Of a stretch of DNA of 64,000 nt, positions 27,861 to 40,964 are shown one piece after another. The translations under genes and the position numbers were made by a program. Numbering within the stretch: the first letter of the stretch is position 1; every line of letters starts with the position of its first letter. The notes beneath the pieces were generated by a model. The model was not told where the DNA came from, did not search any database, and worked only from the letters and a program-made list of their open reading frames with translations. The DNA is from Chrysomallon squamiferum (taxonomy: Eukaryota; Animalia; Mollusca), in the NCBI GenBank assembly GCA_012295275.1, contig CM022677.1, positions 21,948,001-22,012,000 of the forward strand, in the 5' to 3' direction.

Positions 27861-28722
27861 ACTTGCAAGAAACCAATTAATACTAATGAAGAGACAATAA
27901 AATTTGGCCGTATTAGCATCAGTGCAATTAATATATATATTAAAATTAATAATAATAATAATAATAATTTTTAGTTTTGAAAGAAACATCCTGTCAAATG
28001 AACAGATTAAAAACAACAACAATTAAAACAAAATAAATAAATAAAAAAAGTAAAAATTGTTTGAAAAAGGAAGCTAGTTAACAAGATTTGGTAAAAAGAT
28101 TTTGTCAAAGTTTCACTGTCAACTGACAGTTTTGGATTTTGGTCGACATGTAGCAGTATTCTGTACATTTTTTTAAATTTATTTAATATTTTTTCATTAT
28201 TTTTCTTGTCTTATTTTCTTTTAATACAATCTTTTTAATGAAGCTTTTCTTCTTCTTAGAGAGAAATCATAAAAATATTAAAACTATCAAGTTCGAGGCT
28301 AATAAAAATCTTAAAAGGAGCTCGTTAAAACGGTTTTAAAATTTTTATAAACAATGGAATCTTTCCTGTTTCTTACTTTGTTAAGGTCAATGAACTTGTG
28401 ACAAAATTTATTTCTTGTTATTTTTTTTTGTGTGATTCATTGAAACTGTTTTGAAATTTTTGTAACCAAAAGAGTCCTTCACATTTAATGAAGACAATGA
28501 ACACCTGACCAAATTTATTTTTTTCTTAAATTCATAAAATTTGCTATCAAAAAATAAAATATGTGAAAATAAATATCCATGTAGCAGTAATAATTAAAAA
28601 TGATATTGATGATATATATATATATATATTTATACTTTAATTTAGATTGATGGAGGTATGATTTAAATGTTTTAGTAAATGCAATAGCATTATTTGGAAA
28701 TGATTAATTTATAACATTAATT

Positions 28723-28764
<42 letters not shown>

Positions 28765-28793
28765 TCTGTCTGTTTAGTATTTTATTTTCTCAC

Positions 28794-28912
28794 CTTCATA
28801 AAGAATTGGATAAATTCCACGATGAAGGTGCAGAGACTTAGCAACATGTGGCGACCTGGTTACCGCGACGATAGAACAGTGTGGACGATACATAGCAACC
28901 AAAGCAGCTGAT
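28794..28912 (-). CDS. PK: PK-like exon 10 (SAALVAMYRPHCSIVAVTRSPHVAKSLHLHRGIYPILYE)
   Basis: 119 nt, phase 2-1; YRP..I.AVTR...HL.RGI.P motif; donor GAAG|GTGAGA. Confidence 0.95.
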
Positions 28913-29320
28913 CTGAAGAAACAAACAAATAAATAAATAAATAAACAAATAAATAAATAAATAAATAAATAAAAATAAAATAAATAAAATTAAATAAATA
29001 AGTAAGTAAGTAAAGCAAATAAATAGCAGATAAATAAATATGTAAATAAAAATTAAAGATAAACATAATAAAATAAATAAATAAATAAATAGAAATGAAA
29101 AATAAATAAAACTAAATTAATTAAAATAAAGGTACATATTACACACACACCCTCCCCCATTACCCACAACACATACACACACAGTCATGACATCACAAAC
29201 TGAAATACACACACAGACTGATAAAACAGATACAACAACACACAAACTGAAAAAAAAAATAACAAAAAAAAAAAAAAAAAAAATAAAAATAAAAAATTAA
29301 AATAAAAGGACCACACCTAC

Positions 29321-29487
29321 CTGCCTGACGTTGTTATGACGAGGATGGCGGAGGCGTGACACCTCATAGCAGCTTCGACAGCGGCAATGGCTATTGTCTG
29401 AGTGCCATCACAGGGTGTCACTGTGAGTGCGCGAAGCTGTCTGAACAGATTGTCACTGAACACAGCGGCTTCTGCTTCATGACAGAT
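29321..29487 (-). CDS. PK: PK-like exon 9 (ICHEAEAAVFSDNLFRQLRALTVTPCDGTQTIAIAAVEAAMRCHASAILVITTSG-R)
   Basis: 167 nt, same size and phase as vertebrate PKM exon 9/10; only one copy seen. Confidence 0.95.
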
Positions 29488-29644
29488 CTGAGAAAACACA
29501 AACAGACACACGTACAGAGAGACATACAGAGAGACATACAGATATATGTACAGATACACAAAACAGACACATGTACTGAGAGACATAAACTGACAGACAA
29601 GAAGACATAACATGGACACACAGACATACAGATTGACATTTTTT

Positions 29645-30081
29645 TATAGGTGTGAGTTTCAATGACAAACAGACACTGTGAGTTTTATGAGCAGGTGTGA
29701 GTGACTCACAGATGACAGTCATATAAGTTTTTTAGGTGTGAGTTACACACAGACAACAGTCATACAGAGTTTTTGACATATTTTCAGTGAGTTTTATGAG
29801 CAGGTGTGAGTTACTCACAGAGACAAGACAGTCACTGTGAGAGTTTTATGAGTAGGTGTGAGTTACTCACAGAGACAGACAATCACTGTGAGAGTTTTAT
29901 GAGTAGGTGTGAGTTACTCACAGAGACAGACAGTCACTGTGAGAGTTTGATGAGTAGGTGTGAGTTACTCACAGAGACAGACAATCACTGTGAGAGTTTT
30001 ATGAGTAGGTGTGAGTTACTCACAGAGACAGACAGTCACTGTGAGAGGTTTGTGAGTAGGTGTGAGTTACTCACAGAGACA
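29645..30081. repeat. 51-bp minisatellite with palindromic core GTGAGTTACTCAC, overlapping the PK exon-8 donor
   Basis: Cores at 29806, 29858, 29909, 29960, 30011 and 30062; explains the 17-aa periodic ORF 29806-30207. Confidence 0.93.
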
Positions 30082-30227
30082 ATGGTTTCCAGAGACTTGA
30101 CTGGATGTTTGCCGGCCGCCGTCTCCTTCGACAGCAGCACGCAGTCAGCACCATCCAGGATTGCGTTAGCAACATCGCTGGCTTCAGCGCGAGTAGGTCG
30201 TGGATGAAACTCCATACTGTCCAACAT
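30075..30227 (-). CDS. PK: PK-like exon 8 ([51 protein letters not shown])
   Basis: 153 nt; PRPTRAE.SDVANA.LDGADC motif; donor TCT|GTGAGT. Confidence 0.96.
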
Positions 30228-30629
30228 CTACGAGACAAACGTGGTAGAATGTAATGATGATCATCATCATGACAGTAATAATAATAGTAACAATGAGAAA
30301 AAGAAGAATAATGATAATAATAGTAATAGTAGTAATGAAAATACTAATAATAATCATAATATTGATGATAATGAAAATGATGATGATAGTAATAGTAATA
30401 ATAATAATAATAATGAAGATAATAATAATCAAACAGTGATGATAAAATAAAATAATAATAATGACAATGATAATAATGATAATAATAATAATAATAATAA
30501 TGACAAAAGTTATGATAACAACAATAATAATTTGATAAAAATAACTCAAATGCATATACATACACAGAACAAATGACAAAATAATTCTGGGTCTATAATA
30601 AATTCTAAAATGTTTTGTTGTTAAACATT

Positions 30630-31380
<751 letters not shown>

Positions 31381-31392
31381 CTAAAAACAAAC

Positions 31393-31543
31393 CTGTGCAG
31401 CACAGATGATGGGCTTCCCGTGTCTGTTCGCCAAAGCGATGAGATTCTTCTGAGCGAGGAAGACTTTCTCTGGAGGCAGATCTATCCCAAGATCCCCTCT
31501 GGCAACCATGGCGCCATCAGACACGTGGAGGATTTCTTGAAAT
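31393..31543 (-). CDS. PK: PK-like exon 7 ([50 protein letters not shown])
   Basis: 151 nt; MVARGDLG motif; AG/GT flanked. Confidence 0.96.
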
Positions 31544-31880
31544 CTAATGTGGAACAAGAAAAATCAGAAACCTGTTTCAACACTCTGCCATCACAACAAG
31601 TTCAATAACACAACACAAACGGGTGCTGTATGTATTTATTTATGCAGACTTCTGCTTTCGAAACTAAATGACTGAATTATTTCAAGCATCAACAAACACT
31701 TATCTTGTTCATCCTGCTGGATATGCTAATTACATGAAGCTGGCATCACTGTTTATTAAGCCTTCAAAAAGCAAAAAACTGTCATCATTGTTTAAGAAGA
31801 GAATGTGTTTGCAAAACTGTGCTGACAAAATTCAATACTATATAAATAGTTTTTTTGTTCTGAAGTTTATAGCCAGAATC

Positions 31881-31944
<64 letters not shown>

Positions 31945-32158
31945 TTGAAAACTCAACAGGAGGACTATGAAGACAAAATATATTCTGCTTCATTTAGTAT
32001 CAAAATGGCATAATAATCATTGATATCTGAAAACAGATGATCAGATTGTAACTACAAGTTCTCTAACTTATCTTGAATCCTAACTAGATAAAATAAATTT
32101 GAGAAAGTAAAAAGGATTTGAAAGAAAAACCAGAATTTTTTTTTTTTTTTTTTTTTAC

Positions 32159-32286
32159 CTTTTTATGCCTTCATAGTTTTCAATCTTGGCAATGACTTTG
32201 ATCTGGTCAGCTTTAGTTCCAAGTTCAAGTCTGATGTGTTTGATTGTGACAGGATCATAGACAAATGATGCAAATATCATATCACA
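32159..32286 (-). CDS. PK: PK-like exon 6 (CDMIFASFVYDPVTIKHIRLELGTKADQIKVIAKIENYEGIK-R)
   Basis: 128 nt, phase 0-2; DMIFASF and IAKIEN.EG PK active-site signature. Confidence 0.95.
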
Positions 32287-33060
32287 CTGAAATGTAATAT
32301 ATATTAATATACAACACCTGTAATGTAATATATATTAATATACAACACCTGTAATGTAATATATATTAATATACAACACCTGTAATGTAATATATATTAA
32401 CATACAACACCTGTAATGTAATATATATTAATATACAGCACCTGTAATGTAATATATATTAATATACAACACCTGTATGGTAATATATATTAACATACAA
32501 CACCTGTAATGTAATATATATTAACATAAAATATATTAACATTCACCTGTAATGTAATATATATTAATATCCAACACCTGTAATGTAATATATATTAACA
32601 TGCAACACCTGTAATGTAATATATATTAACTTACAACACCTGTAATGTAATATATATTAACATGCAGCACCTGTAATGTAATATATATTAACATGCAGCA
32701 CCTGTAATGTAATATATATTAACATGCAGCACCTGTAATGTAATATATATTAACATGCAGCACCTGTAATGTAATATATATTAACATATGTAAAAATATA
32801 TATGAATATCTGTAATGTAATATATCTTGAATACAACAACTGTAATGTAATATATATTAATATGCAACATGTGTAATGTAATATATATTAATATACAACA
32901 CCTGTAATGTAATATATATTAATATACAACACCTGTAATGTAATATATATTAATATGCAACATGTGTAATGTAATATATATTAATATGCAACATGTGAAA
33001 TGTAATATATATTAATATACAACACCTGTAATGTAATATATAAACATGTGTAATGTAACA
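32287..33060. repeat. About 31-bp minisatellite cacctgtaatgtaatatatattaa(t/c)at(a/g)ca(a/g), abutting the PK exon-6 acceptor
   Basis: More than 20 units by direct reading. Confidence 0.95.
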
Positions 33061-33175
33061 ATTAACAACAACATCTAGTAATAAAATGAAAATACAACAT
33101 CATTATTCAGAACAAAATGAATACATGTATTATAAAATGTTATGTATATCATTATCTAGAATAAACTGAATTATG

Positions 33176-33234
<59 letters not shown>

Positions 33235-33324
33235 TTTTCTTTATTATAAAACTATTTATCACAATAATAAATAAAGACAAATACATCAAGAACAACCTGA
33301 ATTAAACCAATGCAATTAAAAAAG

Positions 33325-33627
33325 TCTAGAAAAATGAAAATCTACATCATTATTCATCACAAAATGAATTACTGCTTTATCAATTATTTATAGGTTAAAT
33401 AAATATTTATCATAATAAAAAACATCTAGATAAATGAAAACTTGGAAACATCATTATCTAGAACAAATTTAATTATTTCTTTGTCATAATAAAAAACGTC
33501 TAGATAAGTGAAAACTTACATCGTTGTCTAGAACAAATTTAATTATTTCTTTGTCTTAATTAAAAACAAGGCTAGATAAGTGAAAACTTACATCGTTGTC
33601 TAGAACAAATTTAATTATTTCTTTGTC
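33325..33627. repeat. About 72-bp tandem duplication of the PK exon-5 3' end plus donor, decaying with distance
   Basis: ctagataagtgaaaacttacatcgttgtctagaacaaatttaattatttctttgtc at about 33572 and 33500; degenerate at about 33426 and 33326. Confidence 0.88.
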
Positions 33628-33731
33628 TTTCTTTGAAAGATCTTTGCCAGGAAGAGACATCGGAACGTGGACCTGTTCGTGACTACCCATAATTCCACTG
33701 GAGTTCACTGTGCACATCAGAAAATTATCAC
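33592..33731 (-). CDS. PK: PK-like exon 5 (DNFLMCTVNSSGIMGSHEQVHVPMSLPGKDLSKKDKEIIKFVLDND)
   Basis: Poly-T tract + tag acceptor, GAT|GTAAGT donor, 140 nt, phase 1-0; aligns to ADFLVTEVENGGSLGSKKGVNLP...SEKDIQDLKFGVEQD. Confidence 0.9.
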
Positions 33732-33780
33732 CTATAGAAAAAAAAAAAAAAAAAAATTAAAAAAATTAATTTAACTATAC

Positions 33781-34380
33781 CTTTTTTTACTATGATAGCT
33801 GAGGGTTCCATCTTAAATATAATTTTAATCTCCAACAAGTTTTCTGTACATAAAATTAGAATTAATAATTAATGTAATTTTTATTCTCAATGCAAAATAT
33901 TTTACTGTGAGTGTTTTCCTTCCACAGTAACTTGGAAAGCGGCATTTTTGAATATAAACATAATCTTTATCTCGAGTTATTACAATAAACTTGGGTTTAT
34001 TAATGAACATGGTATGATGTCTTTTTCCTTAATATAAAACTATTTTAAGTATGTATCTAAATATACTGAATTAATACTTCTTTAAATATATCTTTATTCT
34101 GTACTCTTTTCATCTATTTCAACATAATGAGGACCATCTTGAATATAAATTTGAACGCCACCTTCTGTTTATTAAAACTTTTTTTTTTCTTTTTTGACCT
34201 GATCTATTTCTCTTTCCTATCAAATATATATCGCATTAATATTTCTTCAAATCAATCTTCATCTTTACCTTTCTCCACTACCACAACTCAGAGAAGGCCA
34301 TCTTGATTATAAATCTGATCTGCGACTTGAAAAATTCTTGTTTACTTGCAAACATGTGATCCCAGTTTCCTTCTCCGTGA
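33781..34380 (-). pseudogene. Four decayed tandem copies (about 165 bp period) of the PK B-domain exon 3' part
   Basis: Translations: HMFASKQEFFK/QVADQIYNQDGLL*VVVVEK-G (ends 34269); TEGGVQIYIQDGPHYVEIDEK (ends 34105); MFINKPKFIVITRDKDYVYIQ/FQVTVEGK (ends about 33913); LVGD*NYI*DGTL (ends 33781). Confidence 0.8.
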
Positions 34381-34433
34381 CTATGTTAATCATACTGTGT
34401 TAATATTTCTTCAAATCAAATTTTTATCTTTAC

Positions 34434-34500
34434 CTTTCTCATCTACTACAACTCTAAGAGGGCCATCTTGAATGTAAATCTGATCTCCGACTTGGGTTGT
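34434..34500 (-). CDS. PK: PK-like exon 4b, B domain (TTQVGDQIYIQDGPLRVVVDEK-G)
   Basis: Aligns to VEVGSKIYVDDGLISLQVKQKG; donor AAAG|GTAAAG at the conserved phase-1 position; weak acceptor ttcttcaag gives 67 nt, phase 0-1. Confidence 0.6.
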
Positions 34501-34604
34501 CTTGAAGAATTATTATCATTATCATTTTGTTTACAAACATTGTGATTGTTATTGTTCTCCTTTGTCTTTCATGTTATAACTGTTTATATTTTATTAAACT
34601 TGAC

Positions 34605-34643
34605 CTTTTCACCCACCTCCAGTTTTATCCTATTTGACAAGTC
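34605..34643 (-). CDS. PK: PK-like exon 4a, start of B domain (DLSNRIKLEVGEK); 3' boundary uncertain (34617 or 34605)
   Basis: atttcag| acceptor; aligns to SGTAEVELKKGAT; the frame hits TAA shortly after, but two phase-0 donors (GAG|GTGGGT, AAG|GTCAAG) precede the stop. Confidence 0.5.
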
Positions 34644-34734
34644 CTGAAATTTTTAGTTTTTAATAGCAGTTTTTATTATTATTATTATTATTTATTATTT
34701 ATTGTTATTAATTATTATTATTGTTTTGTTATTA

Positions 34735-34765
<31 letters not shown>

Positions 34766-35348
34766 TGTTGTTATTATTATTGTTATTGTTATTGTTAACA
34801 TTATTGTTATTATTGTTGTTATAATTGTTTATATTTTTATTATTACTGTTTGTAATGATAGTGGTAGTAGTAATATTTGACTACAGTTGTTTTAGTTAAT
34901 ATTTTAATAGTGGCTTTTATCATTATTATTATTATTATTATCAAATTATTTATTGCTGTTGTTGTTTATAACTGTTGTTCTTATAATCTCTGCTGCTGTA
35001 TCTATTGTTCTTGTTACTATTATTATTATTTTCATCATCATCATTATTCTTTTTAACTACTTTATAAAACCAACGAATACCTATACTTTTTCAAACATTA
35101 ATAATAATAACAATAATAATAATAATAATAACAATAACAATAATAATAATGATAAAAATAATAATAAACATAATACCAACAACAGCTACAACATACATAT
35201 TTAAAATAGAAACTGACAAAAGGTATTTCTTGGTGCTAAACCTATCTTTAAAAATACTCTCACATGCTGACTAACACATTGCTGGAAAGACAGACAGACA
35301 GCCAGCCAGACAGACAGACAGACAGACAGACAGAGACAGACATCTTAC

Positions 35349-35474
35349 CGGTTTGTATGATCCTACTCTTGCCCTGGGACCGAGGGTGTCGACTGCTATA
35401 GCCACAGTTCTTGGTATTTTTGCGTTGACCCTGGCTGCAGCCTCTTTGATGTTTTGTATGGCTTTCTGGTTATA
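35349..35474 (-). CDS. PK: PK-like exon 3 (YNQKAIQNIKEAAARVNAKIPRTVAIAVDTLGPRARVGSYKP)
   Basis: 126 nt, phase 0-0, donor CCG|GTAAGA; aligns to VAVALDTKGPEIRTG. Confidence 0.92.
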
Positions 35475-36163
35475 CTGCACAAAAAAAGTTTATTACTGTT
35501 AATTTTTTTTTTTTTTTTTTTTTTTTACCTTTTTCTATCTTAAAAAATCATCTCCTCCATTTCTGTTTTTAAATTGTTTTTTTGTAATTTACATCATTTA
35601 ATTATGTCATAATGTAATCTTTAAATATTACAGTTGTTTCCCTTCCTTCATTAATACCCACCCAATGTAATTTCTAAATGCTAAATATTTCTGTATCTGA
35701 CAAAAGATAATAACAAACATATTAAATATTTTTGCATTTAACTAAAAATTTAAACAAATAATAAAAATATTTCTCTTTCATAAATAATTCGAAATCTAAT
35801 TTGTAAATATAAAAATATTTCTGCATTCTAACTAAAAATTCTATGCAAATGTACTAAAATGTTTCTCATTCATTAATTATCTAATTCTAAATGTAAATAT
35901 TTTGGCACCTAAATAAAAAAAAATCCAATCAAACACATTAACAATTCAAATCTAATTACTAAACGCTACAAATTTCAGCATCTGTCTAAAAATTCTAAAC
36001 AAATATATCAAATGTTTCCCATACATCAATAATACTAGAAATTTCAGCATCTAAAATTTTTTTTTATAAACAAATACATTAAATTTTATAATGAAAATAT
36101 TTTCTTGCAGATATCTTGTTGTTTCAAAATGACATGTATAATACACATATTTATTGCACATAC

Positions 36164-36255
36164 CTCATATGAGCCGTATGCCATGTTAATTCGGACAATG
36201 TCCATTCCCTTCTCTATCATCTGTTCTAACTGGTCAACAGTGTTGCATGCTGGAC
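36164..36255 (-). CDS. PK: PK-like exon 2 (GPACNTVDQLEQMIEKGMDIVRINMAYGSYE)
   Basis: 92 nt, AG/GT flanked, aligns to PK GPAS...GMNVARLNFSHGTHE. Confidence 0.92.
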
Positions 36256-37184
36256 CTGAAGGATACAACATGATGATAATGATGATGATTATTATGATTC
36301 TGATGATGATGATATTGATGATGATTATAATAATGATAATAATAATAAAATAATAGTAACAATAACTATAATAATAATATAATAATAATGATAATATAAT
36401 ATACAATGAATAATAATATTAACAACAACTACAAGAACAGCAAAAAAGGGATTATAATAATAATCATAATGTTAACAACAACAAAATTAATTGGAAAAAA
36501 AAACTGACAAAAACAGCTAAAAAGGGATTTAATAAAAATAACATTAAAAAAAAAAAATAATGATAATAACAACGACAAAATTAATTGGAAAAATTTTCTG
36601 TTTATTGCTGCTTGTATCAAATGAATCAGCCAGAATGTTATTTAATTCCAGGTCTGATATGATGAGTCATATAATGTAAAAATATTTATATATTCAGACG
36701 ACTCTAAATATTGTTATTAAATTACTTTTCAAATGTTGTTTTTTTGTGATTCACACACATGTATTTTATATGTAGCTTGTACAGACACTGTCTGCAGGTT
36801 TATTTATAAAATATTAGCAATAAATTTATTTGTGGAATAAGGTTTGTTAAGGCTACATTTATCAGAAAACTGTAACATTATAAAATATATCACAGTCTCA
36901 GTTGGTGAAGAAAGTTTCAGATTTTAGAGTTCTGGATAATCAATTCTCAACTCACACACATTTTCTGTGGTATATTCTTTTTTTGTAAACAAAACTTGGA
37001 TGAAAGATGAATATACTTAAAATAATTTTTCTTACTATCACCAAAATTATCACTTTCAAACAAGATGGTCAGTAAGAAAAAAACCCAAATAAAACAATAC
37101 TTGGACGACAGCAGAATTAATTTATAATTGTTTTTCTTAATTTTTCTTTTGTTTCCTAAAGTTGACCTTTGACCTCTTTCTTAC

Positions 37185-37380
37185 CAATCGTTCCTATGAC
37201 GCCAGTTCTTTTGCAGGTGTGAGCAACAGCGTCAATGTCCAGTTCGCAGATGTGTTCCAGTCGGGTGAACGCCATCTTGCTGGGCAAGACCTGCCCCCCA
37301 ATGGCAGCCGCATCCCCCATGTTTAAACGTCCTTCATCAGAAGCGACATTCAGTAATACTGTCGGTTCTCCAGAACTCAT
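37185..37380 (-). CDS. PK: Pyruvate kinase-like, first coding exon (MSSGEP...TRLEHICELDIDAVAHTCKRTGVIGTIG)
   Basis: Matches the animal PK N-terminus (T.LEH.C.LDID...TGII.TIG); acceptor ttttacag directly before the ATG implies an upstream non-coding exon; donor ATTG|GTAAGA, phase 1. Confidence 0.9.
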
Positions 37381-37678
37381 CTGTAAAAATAAATAAAATT
37401 CTAAATTAAAATTTTATGTGATATGTACCATGAAATTATATACATAGATAGACAGATAGATAGATAGAAAATGAAAGAAAACAATGGAAAATGAAAGACA
37501 AAAATAAAGAAAAAAAAAATGGATTAAGGAAAAAGATTATGTGTATGTTTTATGTTCTTTTTTTTCTTTTCAGGAAAAGATACATGTTTTTCTTTATGGA
37601 AAATGAAAGTCAATGGAAAAGAAAAAAAATATGTTCTTTTTTTTCTTTAGGAAGTCAGGAAAAGATACATAGACATGC

Positions 37679-37744
<66 letters not shown>

Positions 37745-39120
37745 TTATTGTTAGAGATTGTGCACAAAAAATGTTATATTTAGTTTTAATTCTTTTGATT
37801 TTAATCAATTATCTTTTATTTCAGTTTTATTATTTTTAGAAACTGTTTTAAATTTTATTATTTTTTTTATTTTTATTTGGATTACCTGTCACACTGTTAA
37901 TTTTAACAGACGTTATAAAGCCAAAGCATTAATAAAAAAATATACTAGTAAAAATAATAATTACTATTTATACAAAAAGCTGAAAACTATATGCGCAAAA
38001 AGTAATATATATATATATATTCAAAAACAAAAAGTAAATTCGATTCCTCCAGCTATATGTAAGAGGCCAAGGTCATTTTTATGTTGCCGGTTTATCGACA
38101 TCTTGTTATGACTGCCATTTTTCATACTATTTCTATCTTTATTCAGTTTATATCGATCGTTTCGGTGCCCAGTTTTTTCAACAGATATGCAAAAACATAT
38201 AATACGTATATATTTTGATAAATAAATATATAAATCCTAGTAAATATATTAAACAACAGTGCCTTTTCAACCTTGACTAGCAGATATATTACACACAAGT
38301 TATTTCCCCTCCCCCTGCTCACGTCTGCTTTTGTTCGATTCTTGAATCTCTGTAAGAACTCACAAAAATAGTACTCACATTGAATGTTTAGATGTAACAA
38401 CGATGAAGACAATTCCTATCTTAACAAAATAACTGTTGCAAGAATTTAATCAGAATAAACAAAAGAATGTTACAGTTGCACTACATGGACATCTTTGTCG
38501 GAAGTGAAACCGATCCTAGGTTAAGGTCGTTCGATTGGGCAATTCGAAACTAAACTGGGATTGTCTTGGTAAATTTATACTGGGGGTGAAGGTTAGAATA
38601 TGATGTTTCGTAATGGGTCATTTGTCCAGTATTGTGTGTTTGATTACCCCAGTCAAATTTGAAATAGGAGTAAGTATTGCTGAAAAAAAAGAATATAAAT
38701 AAATAAATTAAGAAATATCAGTGCCTTCCAGGGTTAAACTTGCAATTTAAATAATAATTTGAAAAAAAAAAAAAAAAAAAATTGTTGAACATAATTTTAG
38801 TTCTTCTTGCGTAATATAAAATGCGAGATAAAGTTTAGCTTGTCAGACACATCCAAAAAACAACAAACAAACAAACAAACGAATCAAAATAAATCGCACT
38901 AACACTGATAGGATGAATTATATTTAAGGATGAAAGGTGTTGAAGAGAAATGGAGGTATGAATAATAAGAAAAAATATAAAATAAAACAACACAAACAAC
39001 AACAGGAAACTAACAAACACAAATCCCCAAAGACAACATAATACATAAATAAATAAATAAATAAAAAGTAAGAAAGAGAAAGAAAAAAGTACTTTAGAGG
39101 ACTGATTATAAGTGTTTGAT

Positions 39121-39367
39121 TTGGTAAAGAGATAAAAAATGCAGTGATGTGGACATGTCTTTCCTCTCCTTCTTCATGTCTGACTCAAACCATCTTGTAA
39201 GACACGGTGAGAGGTGTGAAAAGATGAGACAGACGAAAAAAATAGCCGAGAAGACAACATCAGACCCGGAGGGCTGTGGAGCGTAGGGAACAAAATGGAG
39301 GAAACTAGTTGTAAAATCGTTCGTCGTGCCCCAGCGACCCTCGTCGTTAAGTGATAAGTGAAATGAA
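39121..39367 (+). mobile_element. 5'-truncated, decayed RTE-clade non-LTR retrotransposon 3' end
   Basis: Remnants read as ...GHV...KTIL.(G)TV.G......EDNI...RAVE...KWRKLV......PQRP..L..., ending in a short gtgaaatgaa tail; recognised from memory of gastropod RTE 3' ends, not searched. Confidence 0.75.
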
Positions 39368-39653
39368 ACGGACTGAATTTGTCCGCTCTGTTTTCGGGAC
39401 AGTAAACATTATGTTTATTTATTTAAATAGAATTATACAGGTATACAATCGATTTTCCGGATTGTCAGTTTTTCCGTTCCAACAGAGGTTTCATTATAAT
39501 AAAATAACAAAACACCTCTAGCAACTCAGTAACTTATGTACTCTCAAAGTCTCTAACCGTGAATTTCTGAAGCTTACACAAATATTAAAATTAAATTATT
39601 AAGTGAAATACATTAATATAAATGGTATTAGCATCGGCTGAACCAGTAAAACC

Positions 39654-39703
<50 letters not shown>

Positions 39704-40008
39704 GAAAAAAAAAAAATATATATAAATAAATAAAATTAATTTAATTCCAAGACATTTTTATTAAAGGATAACGTTTATCTGAGGTTAGCATTGGTCATTA
39801 ATGTGATAGATATGCGCACAGACAGAAAGAAGCATGATGTTTGATACACTTTATAAACAACAAAAACAAAAAATTATTTTTATTTTTAGGAGTATATGAT
39901 ACCAATAATAATTAAAAAAAAAAAAAAAAAAGACAGCAATAAAATTTTAATAATTAATATATATATTGTAATTTAGAAAAAAAAAAAATCATATAATTAT
40001 CCTTAATA

Positions 40009-40083
<75 letters not shown>

Positions 40084-40199
40084 CATAACTTATCGTCCCC
40101 CGCATTATCTTTAGGAAAGGCTTCATTTAATGTTTGACGACTGGATCGACCAAAGGTGTTAAAAGATTCACCGGCTTGTCCCTTAAATATTGATACGGA

Positions 40200-40254
40200 G
40201 TATAGTCACGTGATCTGCGGTTATGACTGCCAGAAAGGAAGTTGCATGGTGAGT
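40200..40254 (+). promoter_or_regulatory. Candidate promoter/first exon of a + strand gene divergent from the PK-like gene
   Basis: GTCACGTGA E-box (40205-40213), GGAAGT ETS core, then a consensus donor ATG|GTGAGT (40246-40254) in a CpG-retaining patch; CpG-poor DNA follows. Confidence 0.4.
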
Positions 40255-40876
40255 ACATCTTATGTCTTGTTCAATGGTTTAGTTATGTCGTAATAAGCAT
40301 GAAGTGTCGTAACTATTCTTCGTTAAAGGGGAAAAAATAATCTGCCATGTTTTAAAGCCTTACCATGATATCGGATCATGGCAACTGTTTGCAGCTCCGC
40401 GTCGTCTGGTCCCAGGCTGAAATTGATAGGATGCATAGACTTTCTTCTAGGCTCTTATTTGCTCATGACTGTTGCATTTAAGCATTTAGTTTTATGTATT
40501 TAAAAAAACAAAACAAACAGCAACATTTCTTTAAATCGTATTTACAGTCAGTTTATTTCTATGTATTTTATTAACGATCTGGCACTTTTAAATATTATCC
40601 TGTTAAAGTTAGAACTGACCGTAAAATAAACGTCTGCAATGTCATGACAGGTATTGTCCATTGTACGTGTTCCCGTACATCACCTATGACTAAGAATGAG
40701 ACATTGTTGTTTTGATTAATTATTTATTGAAGCTAATAATAACGAGAGTCCTATTTTTAACCTTTGTCTTTGTTTCGTGTGATTTTTTAAATTTATGTAT
40801 TGTAAAGAAGTTTATGAATGACACCTATTTTCGTAACTTAAATTTGTTCAGACATTTTTTTTTTAGCAATATTTGT

Positions 40877-40964
<88 letters not shown>

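Noticed and set aside
28913-30074. A second mutually exclusive exon 9/10 as in vertebrate PKM1/M2
   Set aside because: Only one 167-nt exon found; the flanking introns are repeats
29806-30207. + strand 17-aa repeat ORF, or a CRISPR-like array with palindromic repeats
   Set aside because: 51-bp minisatellite with near-identical spacers, antisense to PK exon 8; eukaryotic context and no cas genes
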